Origin: Thermoplasmata archaeon
GTDB lineage: Archaea; Thermoplasmatota; Thermoplasmata; Lutacidiplasmatales; UBA184
Assembly (NCBI GenBank): GCA_035502035.1
Contig: DATJUZ010000059.1
Coordinates: forward strand, 6,650-70,649
Reading direction: 5' to 3'
Length of the DNA: 64,000 nt
The notes below the pieces were generated by a model. The model did no database searches, was not told where the DNA came from, and saw nothing but the letters and a program-made list of their open reading frames with translations. Position numbers and translations under genes: made by a program. Below are positions 44,889 through 54,221 of this stretch, in pieces (positions within the stretch are counted from its first letter, which is position 1; every line of letters begins with the position of its first letter).

Positions 44889-45718
44889 GCCCCGCACGCG
44901 CACCGGCGGGGACGCCGCCGGCCGAGCCGACCTCGCCCCACCACCGGGCGCACCTCCTCGGGCTGGACGGCAAACCCCGCTCGACCGTCGCGCTTCCTCT
45001 CGCGTTCTCCCAGGCGTTCCGCCCCGACCTGATCGAGCGGGCGGTCGTCGCCGCGCAGTCGCACCGGCGCCAGCCGTACGGGACGAGCCCGACGGCCGGG
45101 CTCCGCCACTCGACGGAGTGGAGCGGCAAGGGCCGCGGCGTCGCCCGAACGCCGCGCCTGATGGGCTCGATGCGCGGCGCGCAGTCCCCCAACACGGTCG
45201 GCGGCCGCCCTGCCCACCCGCCGCGCGTGGAGCGGATCTGGGGCAAGAAGATCAACCGCACCGAGCGCCGCCTCGCGTTCGCCTCGGCGCTCGCCGCGAC
45301 GCGCGAGCCGAAGCTCGCGAGCGCGCGGGGCCACCTCGTCCCCCACGGGACGAGCCTTCCGCTCGTCCTGGACGACCCGGTCGAGGAGCTGCGCTCGGCG
45401 AAGGACGCCCGCGAGCTCCTCCAGCAGCTCAAGCTCTGGTCGGACGTCCAGCGGGCCCAGGACGGCACCCATCTCCACACCTCCGGTCGGGCCCGGCGGC
45501 GCGGGCGGGTGCGGCGCACGCCCCGGAGCCTGCTGGTCGTCACCGGAGCGCCCGGCAAGGCGCTCGGCTTCCGCAACCTCGCCGGCGTCGACGTCGTTCC
45601 GGTCGGCCGCCTCGCGACCGAGGACCTCGCCCCGGGCGGGGTCGCCGGCCGCCTCACGCTGTTCTCCCACGCCGCGGTCGAGCGGCTCCGCGCCCGCCTC
45701 GGGGAGGCGAGCCCGTGA
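44885..45718 (+). CDS. rpl4: 50S ribosomal protein L4 (uL4)
   Basis: 277 aa. GGAGGATGA junction with rpl3. Contains FRPDLIERAV and HSTEWSGKGRGVARTPR motifs. About 20 aa Pro/Ala-rich N-terminal extension. Confidence 0.9.
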   Translation: MSPARAPAGTPPAEPTSPHHRAHLLGLDGKPRSTVALPLAFSQAFRPDLIERAVVAAQSHRRQPYGTSPTAGLRHSTEWSGKGRGVARTPRLMGSMRGAQSPNTVGGRPAHPPRVERIWGKKINRTERRLAFASALAATREPKLASARGHLVPHGTSLPLVLDDPVEELRSAKDARELLQQLKLWSDVQRAQDGTHLHTSGRARRRGRVRRTPRSLLVVTGAPGKALGFRNLAGVDVVPVGRLATEDLAPGGVAGRLTLFSHAAVERLRARLGEASP

Positions 45719-45978
45719 CGCAGCTGCAGCACCGCATCATCCTGCACGCCTACGTCACCGAGAAGTCGATGGACGAGATGGAGCGGCAGAACAAGCTCGA
45801 GTTCGTCGTCGACCGCCGCGCGAACCGCGCCGAGATCCGGCGCGCCGTCGAGGAGACGTACCAGTGCAAGGTCGCCAAGGTGACGACCAAGACGGTGCAA
45901 TCCGGCAAGATCGCGACCGTCCGCTTCTCGAAGGGGTTCTCGGCCGAGGACATCGGCTCGCGGGCCGGGGTGTTCTGA
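45715..45978 (+). CDS. rpl23: 50S ribosomal protein L23 (uL23)
   Basis: 87 aa from a GTG in a GTGA overlap. Contains HAYVTEKSMDEMERQNKLEFVVDRRANRAEIRRAVEETY. Confidence 0.9.
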   Translation: MTQLQHRIILHAYVTEKSMDEMERQNKLEFVVDRRANRAEIRRAVEETYQCKVAKVTTKTVQSGKIATVRFSKGFSAEDIGSRAGVF

Positions 45979-46694
45979 TGGGAAAGCGGATCGGCTCGCG
46001 TCGCCGGGGCGCCGGCAGCGGCGCCTGGACCTCCCCGAGCCACCGGCACCACGGGCCGGTCTACCATCCCGGCCCGCAGCTGGTCGGCGAGGCGCGCGTC
46101 CTCACGATCTCGCCCGCGCCGGGACGGACCGCCCCGGTCGCCGAGCTCGCGACGCCGGACGGCGGCCGCCTCCGCATCCTCGCCCCCGCGGGGCTCGCGA
46201 CCGGGGACGCCGTCTCCCTCGGCGAGGGGCGGGTCGACCGCGGCTCGATCCTACCGCTCGCGCGCATCCCGGACGGGACGCTGGTGTCCAACCTCGAGGT
46301 CAAGCCGTTCGACGGGGGCCGGCTCGTCCGCGCCGCCGGAACGAGCGCGCTCGTCGTCGCCCACACGGGCGCCGAGGTCACGGTCCAGCTGCCGAGCGGC
46401 TCGTTCAAGCAGTTCCTCGCGACCTGCCGCGCCGAGGTCGGCGGGATCGCCGGCGGGGGCCGGCACGAGCGCCCGATCATCAAGGCCGGCAAGAAGGTCT
46501 GGACGACCCGATCGCTCGCGCGCGCGCCGTTCAAGGTCCGCGGCGTCGCGATGAACCCGGTCAACCACCCGTTCGGCGGCGGGGCGCACCAGCACGTCGG
46601 CCGCCCGAGCACCGTGAAGAGCGGGACGTGGCCGGGGGCGAAGGTCGGACGGTTCTCGCGCTCCGCGCGCAAGAAGCGCGCCGGGAGGCGCTAG
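45978..46694 (+). CDS. rpl2: 50S ribosomal protein L2 (uL2)
   Basis: 238 aa starting MGKRIGSRRRGAGS. Contains GVAMNPVNHPFGGG. TGATG junction with rpl23. Confidence 0.95.
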   Translation: MGKRIGSRRRGAGSGAWTSPSHRHHGPVYHPGPQLVGEARVLTISPAPGRTAPVAELATPDGGRLRILAPAGLATGDAVSLGEGRVDRGSILPLARIPDGTLVSNLEVKPFDGGRLVRAAGTSALVVAHTGAEVTVQLPSGSFKQFLATCRAEVGGIAGGGRHERPIIKAGKKVWTTRSLARAPFKVRGVAMNPVNHPFGGGAHQHVGRPSTVKSGTWPGAKVGRFSRSARKKRAGRR

Positions 46695-46697
46695 GCG

Positions 46698-47123
46698 ATG
46701 GCGAAGGCGCGGCGGGCGAAGAAGGTCGAGGCGCGACGCAAGCGCGAGTTCAGCTACCGGGGCAAGTCGCTCGAGGAGCTCCGCGCGCTGAGCCTCGAGC
46801 AGCTCGGCTCGATCCTCGGGGCGCGCGCCCGACGCTCGATCCGTCGCGGGTTCAACACGGAGACGAGCCGCTTCTTCGAGCGGATGGCGGCGACGCCCAC
46901 CGAGAAGGTCGTACGGACGCACTGCCGCGACGCGCTCGTGCTGCCGGCGCACGTCGGGCGCCGGGTCGCGATCCACACGGGCAAGGAGTTCAAGGAGGTC
47001 GAGATCCGGCCGGAGATGATCGGCCACTACTACGGCGAGTTCGCCCTCACCCGCCGGTTCGAGAAGCACTCGGGCCCGGGCGTCGGCGCGACGCGCTCCT
47101 CCAAGTTCATGCCGCTCAAGTAG
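46698..47123 (+). CDS. rps19: 30S ribosomal protein S19 (uS19)
   Basis: 141 aa. Contains HTGKEFKEVEIRPEMIGHYYGEFALTR. Confidence 0.95.
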   Translation: MAKARRAKKVEARRKREFSYRGKSLEELRALSLEQLGSILGARARRSIRRGFNTETSRFFERMAATPTEKVVRTHCRDALVLPAHVGRRVAIHTGKEFKEVEIRPEMIGHYYGEFALTRRFEKHSGPGVGATRSSKFMPLK

Positions 47124-47141
47124 GGAGGTGGCGGTCGGTCG

Positions 47142-47600
47142 ATGCGAGGCTACACCTACGCGGGGGAGAGCGGGGTCAACGTCGCCCGCGCCCGCGGCAT
47201 CGAGCTGCCGATCTCCCCGAAGAAGACCTACGAGCTCCTCAACGCCATCCGGGGCCTCCCGGTCGAGAAGGCGCGCACGCTCCTCGAGGAGGTCGTCGCG
47301 CTGAAGCGTCCGATCCCGTTCCGCCGGTACAACCAGGAGACCGCCCACCACCGCGGGGCCGGACCGAGCCGCTACCCGAAGAAGGTCGCGCGCTCCGTGC
47401 TCGCCGTCCTGAAGAACGCCGAGGAGAACGCCGAGTACGACGGCCTGGACGCCGAGCGGCTGTTCGTGAAGGTCGCCGCGAGCGGCCGCGGGCGGATCCG
47501 CGAGGCGTCGATGCCCCGCGCGCACGGCCACGGGGACCCGTGGAACGAGCAGACGACCAACGTCGAGATCGTCCTGGGCGAGCGGGAGGTCGGCTCGTGA
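47142..47600 (+). CDS. rpl22: 50S ribosomal protein L22 (uL22)
   Basis: 152 aa. Contains ISPKKTYELLNAIRG and the ...NVEIVL C-terminal pattern. Position in the cluster supports the call. Confidence 0.9.
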   Translation: MRGYTYAGESGVNVARARGIELPISPKKTYELLNAIRGLPVEKARTLLEEVVALKRPIPFRRYNQETAHHRGAGPSRYPKKVARSVLAVLKNAEENAEYDGLDAERLFVKVAASGRGRIREASMPRAHGHGDPWNEQTTNVEIVLGEREVGS

Positions 47601-48274
47601 GCAGCGAGCGCAAGGTGATCCAGGAGCGGATGCGGCGCGTCCTGCTCAAGGACTACCTCGTCCAGGAGAGCGCCCGCGCCGGCTTCGGCGGGCTCGACAT
47701 CGTCCGCACCCCGATGGGCACGCGCGTCACGCTCGTGTGCGAGCGGCCGGGGATCCTGATCGGCCACCGCGGCGAGCTGATCAAGCGCCTCACGGAGGAC
47801 ATCCAGGCCCGGTTCGCCCTCGACAACCCCCAGATCGAGGTCCAGGAGGAGCGCCAGCCGAGCCTCAACGCCCAGCTGATGAGCGAGAAGCTCGCCTCGA
47901 CCCTCGAGCGGGGCTGGCACTTCCGCCGCGCCGGTCACTCGACCGTCCGCCGCATCATGGAGGCGGGCGCGCGGGGCTGCCAGGTGATCCTTTCCGGGAA
48001 GCTCACCGGCGAGCGGCACCGGACCGAGCGGTTCAAGGCCGGGACGATCAAGTACTGCGGTGAGGCGGTCCATCTCTGGATGGACAAGGGGTTCTACCAG
48101 GCCCGGCTCAAGCCCGGGGTCATCGGCGTCAACGTCTGGATCATGCGCGCGAGCGCGAAGCTTCCGGACGAGATCGTCGTGAAGGGCGCGGTGCCGGCGG
48201 CCCCGCCGGCCGAGCCACCGGTCGTCTCCGGCCCGCCGCCGCCGGCGGACAGCGGCGCCGCGGAGGCGGTGTGA
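47597..48274 (+). CDS. rps3: 30S ribosomal protein S3 (uS3)
   Basis: 225 aa from a GTG in a GTGA overlap. KH-domain-like LIGHRGELIKRL, and GCQVILSGKLTGER. Pro/Ala-rich C-terminal tail. Confidence 0.95.
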   Translation: MSSERKVIQERMRRVLLKDYLVQESARAGFGGLDIVRTPMGTRVTLVCERPGILIGHRGELIKRLTEDIQARFALDNPQIEVQEERQPSLNAQLMSEKLASTLERGWHFRRAGHSTVRRIMEAGARGCQVILSGKLTGERHRTERFKAGTIKYCGEAVHLWMDKGFYQARLKPGVIGVNVWIMRASAKLPDEIVVKGAVPAAPPAEPPVVSGPPPPADSGAAEAV

Positions 48275-48516
48275 CGCTCCTGAGGATGCGCGAGCTGCGC
48301 AGCCTCTCCGACGAGGACCTGCGGAGCAAGATCGCCGACGCCGAGAACGACCTGCTGCGGGAACGCGGGGTCGCGGCGATGGGCGGCGCGCCGCCCAGCC
48401 CCGGGCGCATGCGCGCGCTCCGCACGAACGTCGCGCGCGCGCTCACGGTCCTGCGCGAGCGCTCGCTCGCGTCGACGGCCTCCGCGGTCCGGGGGCGCCC
48501 GGAGGGGCCGAGGTGA
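48271..48516 (+). CDS. rpl29: 50S ribosomal protein L29 (uL29)
   Basis: 81 aa. Contains MRELRSLSDEDLRSKIADAENDLLRER. GTGA overlap with rps3. Confidence 0.85.
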   Translation: MTLLRMRELRSLSDEDLRSKIADAENDLLRERGVAAMGGAPPSPGRMRALRTNVARALTVLRERSLASTASAVRGRPEGPR

Positions 48517-48520
48517 ACCG

Positions 48521-48853
48521 GTGGGGCGCGCGCACTCCGAGTCTCCAATGCTCGAGCTCTCCCCGGCCGAGCGCCTCGCCCTCGCCGGGGAGCTGATCGG
48601 CGCCGGCGTCGCGCTGCCGGCCGGGCCGGGACGCGCGGGCCCCGTCTCGGGCACGATCGTGGACGAGACGCTCGGCACGTTCGTCGTCCGTCTCGCCGGC
48701 TCGCGCCGGCGGGTCCGGATCGGCAAGAGCGGCCTCTCCGGCGCGCTCGCCCTCGGCGAACGAGAGTTACCGTTAAGAGGCGACCTCCTTCGCGTGCGTC
48801 CCGAGGACCGGACCAAGCGGCTGCTCGCCGGAGGTCCTCGGAGGATCCGATGA
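48521..48853 (+). CDS. rnp1: RNase P protein component 1 (Rpp29/Pop4)
   Basis: Contains [15 protein letters not shown]...RIGKSG...[16 protein letters not shown]. Canonical position between rpl29 and rps17. Start uncertain (48521 GTG or ATG near 48548). Confidence 0.8.
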   Translation: MGRAHSESPMLELSPAERLALAGELIGAGVALPAGPGRAGPVSGTIVDETLGTFVVRLAGSRRRVRIGKSGLSGALALGERELPLRGDLLRVRPEDRTKRLLAGGPRRIR

Positions 48854-49284
48854 CCCCCGCACGTACCGCGAAGGCTCCCCGGGCCCGGGACATCGGCCTG
48901 GACGTCCGCGCGCCGAAGGCGCGGTGCGACGATCGGCACTGTCCGTTCCACGGCCGCCTGCCGGTCCGGGGCCAGTCGCTCGAGGGGGTCGTCGTCTCGA
49001 CCGCGATGCAGCGGACGGCGGTCGTAGAGCGGACGCTCCTGCACTACGTCCCGAAGTACGAGCGCTACGAGAAGCGGCGACGGCGCTACCTCGCCCACAG
49101 CCCGCCGTGCCTGAACGTGCCGGTCGGCCACCGCGTCCGCATCTCCGAGACCCGCCCGCTCTCCAAGCTCGTCGCCTTCTGCATCGTCGCCGACCTGGGG
49201 GAGGCGGCGCGCCGCGTCCAGGGCGAGGAGCCGGTCGTGCGCGCGGAGCCCGCCCCCGAGGCGGCGACGGAGGGCTCGACGTGA
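48850..49284 (+). CDS. rps17: 30S ribosomal protein S17 (uS17)
   Basis: 144 aa. Contains [28 protein letters not shown] and [13 protein letters not shown] overlap. Has a C-terminal extension. Confidence 0.9.
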   Translation: MTPARTAKAPRARDIGLDVRAPKARCDDRHCPFHGRLPVRGQSLEGVVVSTAMQRTAVVERTLLHYVPKYERYEKRRRRYLAHSPPCLNVPVGHRVRISETRPLSKLVAFCIVADLGEAARRVQGEEPVVRAEPAPEAATEGST

Positions 49285-49679
49285 AGGGCCTCGCGGGCCG
49301 ACGCGGCCGGGGGCTCCCGAAGGGGGCCCGGCTCGACTGCGTCGACAACACCGGAGCGAAGGTCGTCGAGATCATCGCCGTCCGCAACTGGCACGGCACG
49401 CACCGCCGCTACCCGCGCGCCGGGATCGCCGACCTCGTGATCGTCTCCGTGAAGAAGGGGACCCCCGAGATGCGCCGGCAGGTCCTGCACGCCGTGATCG
49501 TCCGCGCGCGCTCGCCGATGCGCCGTCCGGACGGCACCCGCCTCCAGTTCGAGGACAACGCCGCCGTGATCACGACGGAGACGGGCGAGATCAAGGGCTC
49601 TCAGATCAAGGGGCCGGTGGCGAAGGAGGCCGCCGAGCGCTGGCCGCGCATCGCGGCCGCCTCGTCGATCATCCTGTAG
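49281..49679 (+). CDS. rpl14: 50S ribosomal protein L14 (uL14)
   Basis: 132 aa from a GTG in a GTGA overlap. Contains [10 protein letters not shown] and [15 protein letters not shown]. Confidence 0.95.
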   Translation: MKGLAGRRGRGLPKGARLDCVDNTGAKVVEIIAVRNWHGTHRRYPRAGIADLVIVSVKKGTPEMRRQVLHAVIVRARSPMRRPDGTRLQFEDNAAVITTETGEIKGSQIKGPVAKEAAERWPRIAAASSIIL

Positions 49680-49693
49680 GAGGAGCGATTTCG

Positions 49694-50245
49694 GTGCGCG
49701 CGTCCCCCCACTCCCCGCGGCGTCAGCGACGCGCCGTCTTCACCGCCACGACCGCCGAGCGCCGCCGGCGCATGACCGTCCTGCTCTCCCGCGAGCTCCG
49801 CCGGCGGTTCGGTCGCCGCAACGTGCCGGTCCGCAAGGGCGACACCGTCCGCGTCCTCTCCGGCAGCTACGCCGGCCGCGAGGAGCGGGTCGCGAGGATC
49901 TCGCGCCGGGACTACTCCGTCACGCTCGACAACGTCACCCTCAAGACCGCCGAGGAGAAGCTGAAGCCGCTCGCGCTCCGGCCGGCGCACCTCGTGATCA
50001 CGCGGCTGAACCTCGCCGACCCCTGGCGCCGCCGCTCGCTCCGCGTCCGCGAAGAGGACACCACGGCCGAGGAGCGGGGCGAGAGCCCCGAGCCGGCGGA
50101 GGCGACGACCCCGGCCGCCGCGCCGCCGGAGGCCGCCTCCCCGTCGACGGAAGAGGGGCCGGACGAGCCCGAGGGCTCGGAGGCGGACGCCGAGGAGCCG
50201 CCCGCGCCGAAGCGCCGTCGTGCGTCCCCCCCGGAGGCGCGATGA
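49694..50245 (+). CDS. rpl24: 50S ribosomal protein L24 (uL24) with acidic/Pro-rich C-terminal extension
   Basis: 183 aa. KOW region VPVRKGDTVRVLSGSYAGREERV. The last ~70 aa are a Glu/Pro/Ala-rich tail. Confidence 0.85.
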   Translation: MRASPHSPRRQRRAVFTATTAERRRRMTVLLSRELRRRFGRRNVPVRKGDTVRVLSGSYAGREERVARISRRDYSVTLDNVTLKTAEEKLKPLALRPAHLVITRLNLADPWRRRSLRVREEDTTAEERGESPEPAEATTPAAAPPEAASPSTEEGPDEPEGSEADAEEPPAPKRRRASPPEAR

Positions 50246-50958
50246 CGTTCCGTCTCAAGCGGCGGGCCGCCCCCCGCGCCTGGACCGTCCCGCGCAAGGG
50301 AACGAAATGGGTGCTCCGCCCGCGTCCCGGTCCCCATCCGACCGACCGGTCGATCCCGCTCCTGCTCGTCCTGCGCGACCTGCAGCACGTCGCCGCGAGC
50401 GCCCGCGAGGCGCGCATCCTGCTCCGCGGCGGGGCGGTGAAGGTCGACGGCGCGGTCGCGGACGACCTCGCCCGCGGCATCGGGCTCATGGACACCGTCT
50501 CGCTCGCCGCGCCGCTCGACCGTCACTTTCGGCTCGTCACGGACCGGCGCGGCAAGCTCGTGCTGGCGTCGATCCCGTCGACCGAGGCCGGCGTGAAGAT
50601 CGGACGGATCCGCGCGAAGCACTCGGTCCGCGGCGGCAAGGTCGAGGTGACGCTCCACGACGGCCGCAACCTGCTCGTCGAGCGCTCCTCGCCGTACCGG
50701 GTCGGCGACTCGCTCAAGATCGAGGTGCCGGGCCAGAAGGTGCTCGAGCACTTCGTCCTCAAGCCCGGGACCCTCGCCTACGTCGCGGGCGGCTCGCACG
50801 TCGGCGAGCTGGGGCGCGTCGAGCGGATCGAGGTGCGCAACTCTCCGCAGCCGAACCTCGTCCACTTCAAGGAGGGGTTCTCGACGATCAAGGAGTACGT
50901 CTACGTGGTCGGCGAGCAGGCGCCGGGCGTTACGCTCGGCGAGGGGATGGACCGGTGA
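50242..50958 (+). CDS. rps4e: 30S ribosomal protein S4e (eS4)
   Basis: 238 aa. Contains RKGTKWVLRPRPGPH, and VKVDG and KOW-like segments. ATGA overlap. Confidence 0.95.
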   Translation: MTFRLKRRAAPRAWTVPRKGTKWVLRPRPGPHPTDRSIPLLLVLRDLQHVAASAREARILLRGGAVKVDGAVADDLARGIGLMDTVSLAAPLDRHFRLVTDRRGKLVLASIPSTEAGVKIGRIRAKHSVRGGKVEVTLHDGRNLLVERSSPYRVGDSLKIEVPGQKVLEHFVLKPGTLAYVAGGSHVGELGRVERIEVRNSPQPNLVHFKEGFSTIKEYVYVVGEQAPGVTLGEGMDR

Positions 50959-51515
50959 GCGCCCCGTCCCACAGCGCCGCCCCCCCGAGCGGTTCGGCGA
51001 CCTCCGAGAACCCGCTCCGCGCGGTCCGCGTCCTCAAGGCGGTCGTCAACGTCGGGGTCGGCGACTCCGGCGAGGCGCTCTCGAAGGCCGAGAAGGTCCT
51101 GCAGATGGTCACCGGCCAGAAGCCGATCCAGACGCGGGCGCACTCGACCAACCGCGATTTCGGCATCCGCAAGGGCCAGGCGATCGGGGCGAAGGTGACG
51201 CTCCGCGGCCCGACCGCGGTCGAGTTCCTCGGGCGGGCGTTCGAGGCGCGCGACCGTCAGCTGGACGGCGACTCGATCGACCGCAACGGCAACTTCTCGT
51301 TCGGCATCGCCGACTACACCGACTTTGCCGGGATGAAGTACGACCCGGCGATCGGGATCCACGGGATGGACATCGCGGTCGAGATCGGCCGCGCCGGCTA
51401 CCGGGTCCGCCAGCGGCGCCAGCAGGCCCGGCCGCTCCCCCGCCGCATGCACCCGAGCCCGGAGGAGACGCGCGAGCTGCTCGTGCGCGCGTTCGGCGTC
51501 ACGGTCGTGGAGTGA
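50955..51515 (+). CDS. rpl5: 50S ribosomal protein L5 (uL5)
   Basis: 186 aa from a GTG in a GTGA overlap. Contains [29 protein letters not shown] and GNFSFGI. Confidence 0.95.
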   Translation: MSAPSHSAAPPSGSATSENPLRAVRVLKAVVNVGVGDSGEALSKAEKVLQMVTGQKPIQTRAHSTNRDFGIRKGQAIGAKVTLRGPTAVEFLGRAFEARDRQLDGDSIDRNGNFSFGIADYTDFAGMKYDPAIGIHGMDIAVEIGRAGYRVRQRRQQARPLPRRMHPSPEETRELLVRAFGVTVVE

Positions 51516-51528
51516 GGGGGGGAACGCG

Positions 51529-51675
51529 GTGAAGCCGAAGCGCCATTTCGGGAGGAAGGAGGGCTGCCTGCGGTGCGACCGCAAGCGCGGCATCGTCCGG
51601 CGCTACGGGCTCCACCTCTGCCGGCAGTGCTTCCGCGAGGTCGCCTTCGACCTCGGCTTCCGCAAGTACCAGTAG
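51529..51675 (+). CDS. rps14: 30S ribosomal protein S14 (uS14, zinc-ribbon type)
   Basis: 48-aa ORF not listed in the supplied track (too short): [48 protein letters not shown]. CxxC...CxxC pattern. Canonical position between rpl5 and rps8. Confidence 0.85.
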   Translation: MKPKRHFGRKEGCLRCDRKRGIVRRYGLHLCRQCFREVAFDLGFRKYQ

Positions 51676-51687
51676 GGGAGGACGATC

Positions 51688-52077
51688 ATGGTTCGCGACC
51701 TGCTCAACGACGCCCTGACGACGCTCCGCCACGCCGACCGGGACGGACGTCCGAAGGCCGAGATCGCCCCGACCTCCAAGCTGATCGGCGAGGTGCTCGC
51801 GCTGTTCCGCACCCACGGCTACCTCTCGGAGTTCGCGTTCGTCCCCGGCGCCCGTGGCGGCAAGTACGACGTCGCCCTGTCGCGCCGCATCAACTCGTGC
51901 GGGGTCGTCAAGCCCCGCCTCGCCGTGCGCTACGACGACCTCGAGCGGTTCGAGGCACGGTTCCTCCCCGCGCAGGACTTCGGCCTGCTCGTCCTCTCCA
52001 CGAACCGCGGCGTCATCGGCCAGGCCGAGGCCCGCGAACTGAAGATCGGAGGTCGGCTGCTCGCCTATGTCTACTGA
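51688..52077 (+). CDS. rps8: 30S ribosomal protein S8 (uS8)
   Basis: 129 aa. Contains DLLNDALTTLRHADRDGR and the ...GGRLLAYVY terminus. Confidence 0.95.
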   Translation: MVRDLLNDALTTLRHADRDGRPKAEIAPTSKLIGEVLALFRTHGYLSEFAFVPGARGGKYDVALSRRINSCGVVKPRLAVRYDDLERFEARFLPAQDFGLLVLSTNRGVIGQAEARELKIGGRLLAYVY

Positions 52078-52627
52078 GGCTCCCTCCCAGGCCGAGGTCG
52101 AGGTCCCCGCCGGGGTCCGCTTCTCGGTCGCGGGGCGCACGCTCACCGCCGAGAGCTCCCGCGGCAAGGTCGTCCGGCCGTTCCCGGCCGACGTCCTCCG
52201 CCTGACGATCGCCCCCGGCAAGCTCTCGCTCGAGCTGCTGCTGCCGCCCCACCGCAAGAGCTCGCGCGCGCTCCTGCAGACGTGGGCCGCGCACCTCCGG
52301 AACATCGGCGGCGGGCTGAGCCGCGGCGTCGAGGCCCGCCTCAAGGTCGTCGCCGCCCACTTCCCGATGAAGGTCTCGGTGAAGGACGACCAGCTCGTGA
52401 TCGAGAACTTCCTCGGCGAGAAGTACCCGCGCTCGACGCGCCTCACCGCCGGGACGACCGCGAAGGTCGACGGGGAGTTCGTGACGATCGAGGGCTACGA
52501 CGTCGAGCACGTCGGCCAGAGCGCCGCCGCGATCGAGCGGACGACGCGGATCCGCGACTACGACCCGCGCGTCTTCCAGGACGGCATCTACCTGATCGAG
52601 CGCGCGCACCTCAAGGAGGCGAGCTAG
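52067..52627 (+). CDS. rpl6: 50S ribosomal protein L6 (uL6)
   Basis: 186 aa. Contains AHFPMKVSVKDDQLVIENFLGEKYPR and DPRVFQDGIY. Confidence 0.95.
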   Translation: MSTEAPSQAEVEVPAGVRFSVAGRTLTAESSRGKVVRPFPADVLRLTIAPGKLSLELLLPPHRKSSRALLQTWAAHLRNIGGGLSRGVEARLKVVAAHFPMKVSVKDDQLVIENFLGEKYPRSTRLTAGTTAKVDGEFVTIEGYDVEHVGQSAAAIERTTRIRDYDPRVFQDGIYLIERAHLKEAS

Positions 52628-52629
52628 CG

Positions 52630-53232
52630 ATGGCGGAGGAGGGCCCGACGCCCGCCGAGCCGAGCGCGGAGAAGCCCGCGGCCCCGAAGCGCCGCCGGTC
52701 GGCCCCGCCCGCCGCGCCCGCCGCGACCGAGACGAAGACGGCCGCCCCGGCTCCGGCGAAGGCCCCGGCGAAGCCGGCCCCCGCCGCGAACGACGAGCCG
52801 GCGGCGAAGGCGCCCCGGCGCGCGACGCTCGCCGCGGAGCTCGCGGTCCTGCTCGCCACGCGCCGCTACCTGGACGACAAGCGCCCCCGCTTCGTCCGCC
52901 AGGCGGCGCATCGGTATGCCCGCATCGGTCGGGACGGCGCGTGGCGCCGGCCCCGCGGCCTCCAGTCGAAGCAGCGGCGCCACTACGGCTACCGTTCCCA
53001 GATCGTCCGCGTCGGCTACCGCTCGCCGGCCGCGGTCCGCGGCCTCGTCCCGAGCGGCTTCCGCCCGGTGCTCGTCCGCAACCGCGCCGACATGGACGGG
53101 CTGGACGCCCGCCGGGACGCCGCGATCATCGCGCGGACCGTCGGCACCCGCCGCCGCCTCGTCCTCGAGGAGGAGGCGCGCCGCCTCGGGATCCGCGTCC
53201 TGAACCCGGTCGTCAAGGGCGAGGAGAGGTAG
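52630..53232 (+). CDS. rpl32e: 50S ribosomal protein L32e (eL32) with Ala/Pro/Lys-rich N-terminal extension
   Basis: 200 aa from ATG 52630. Core is RFVRQAAHRYARIGRDGAWRRPRGLQSKQRR...VGYRSP. The first ~65 aa are low complexity (PAKAPAKPAP). Confidence 0.9.
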   Translation: MAEEGPTPAEPSAEKPAAPKRRRSAPPAAPAATETKTAAPAPAKAPAKPAPAANDEPAAKAPRRATLAAELAVLLATRRYLDDKRPRFVRQAAHRYARIGRDGAWRRPRGLQSKQRRHYGYRSQIVRVGYRSPAAVRGLVPSGFRPVLVRNRADMDGLDARRDAAIIARTVGTRRRLVLEEEARRLGIRVLNPVVKGEER

Positions 53233-53238
53233 CGTTCG

Positions 53239-53700
53239 ATGCCCGACCTTGCGAACCAGCGCCGGCTCGCCGCCGCCCTGCTCCGGTGCGGCGAGGGGCG
53301 CGTGTGGATCGACCCGGCGAGCCAGGAGGAGCTCGAGGACGCCGTGACGCGGGCGGACATCCGCAGCGCGATCAAGTCCGGGGTCATCCGCCGCAAGCCG
53401 GTCCGCGGGACCTCGCGCGGGCGCGCCCGGCGCCACGCCGCCGAGGTCGCCCGGGGGCGCCATGCCGGTCCGGGCTCGCGCCGGGGGACGCCGTCCGCGC
53501 GGCTCCCGCGCAAGGACCGCTGGATGCGCCGGATCCGCGCGCAGCGCCAGCTCCTCCGCGAGCTCCGCGACGGGAAGAAGATCCCGGTGGCGGTCTACCG
53601 CGAGTTCTACCGGCGCGCGAAGGGCGGCATGTTCCGGAGCCGCTCGCACCTGCTCGTCAACCTCCGCCTCGCCGGCCACCTCCCGGAGGGCGCCGCATGA
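53239..53700 (+). CDS. rpl19e: 50S ribosomal protein L19e (eL19)
   Basis: 153 aa. Contains [23 protein letters not shown] and [13 protein letters not shown]. Confidence 0.95.
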   Translation: MPDLANQRRLAAALLRCGEGRVWIDPASQEELEDAVTRADIRSAIKSGVIRRKPVRGTSRGRARRHAAEVARGRHAGPGSRRGTPSARLPRKDRWMRRIRAQRQLLRELRDGKKIPVAVYREFYRRAKGGMFRSRSHLLVNLRLAGHLPEGAA

Positions 53701-54221
53701 GCACCGGTCCCCGCTATCGGGTCCACTTCCGCCGCCGCCGCGAGGGCCGGACCGACTACCGCGTCCGGCTCGCGCTGCTCTCCTCCGGCCGCTCCCGGGC
53801 CGTCGTCCGCGCCTCGGGCCGCCGGGTGCGCGTCTCGCTCGTCGACTTCGAGCCGGGGGGGGACCGCGTCGTCGCCGCGGCGGACAGCGCGGAGCTCGGC
53901 CGCATCGCGTTCCCCCCGGTGAGCCTCGCGTCGACCCCCGCCGCCTACCTCACCGGCTACCTCGCCGGCCTCCGCGCGAAGGCGCAGGGGACGGAGGAGG
54001 CGGTCCTGGACGCCGGGCTGCACCGCCCGACCGCCGGGGGCCGCCTCGCCGCCGCGCTCAAGGGCCTCCTGGACGCGGGGGTCGCTATCCCCCACGGGGG
54101 AGAGCAGTTCCCGTCCGCCGACCGGCTCGGCGGCGCGCACCTGCCGAAGCCGCTGCCGGAACCCCTCGAAAGCTACAAGCAGAAGCTCCCCAGCCTCCTC
54201 GCGAAGGAGGCGAAGGCATGA
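53697..54221 (+). CDS. rpl18: 50S ribosomal protein L18 (uL18)
   Basis: 174 aa from an ATG in an ATGA overlap. Contains [17 protein letters not shown] and [11 protein letters not shown]. Confidence 0.95.
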   Translation: MSTGPRYRVHFRRRREGRTDYRVRLALLSSGRSRAVVRASGRRVRVSLVDFEPGGDRVVAAADSAELGRIAFPPVSLASTPAAYLTGYLAGLRAKAQGTEEAVLDAGLHRPTAGGRLAAALKGLLDAGVAIPHGGEQFPSADRLGGAHLPKPLPEPLESYKQKLPSLLAKEAKA

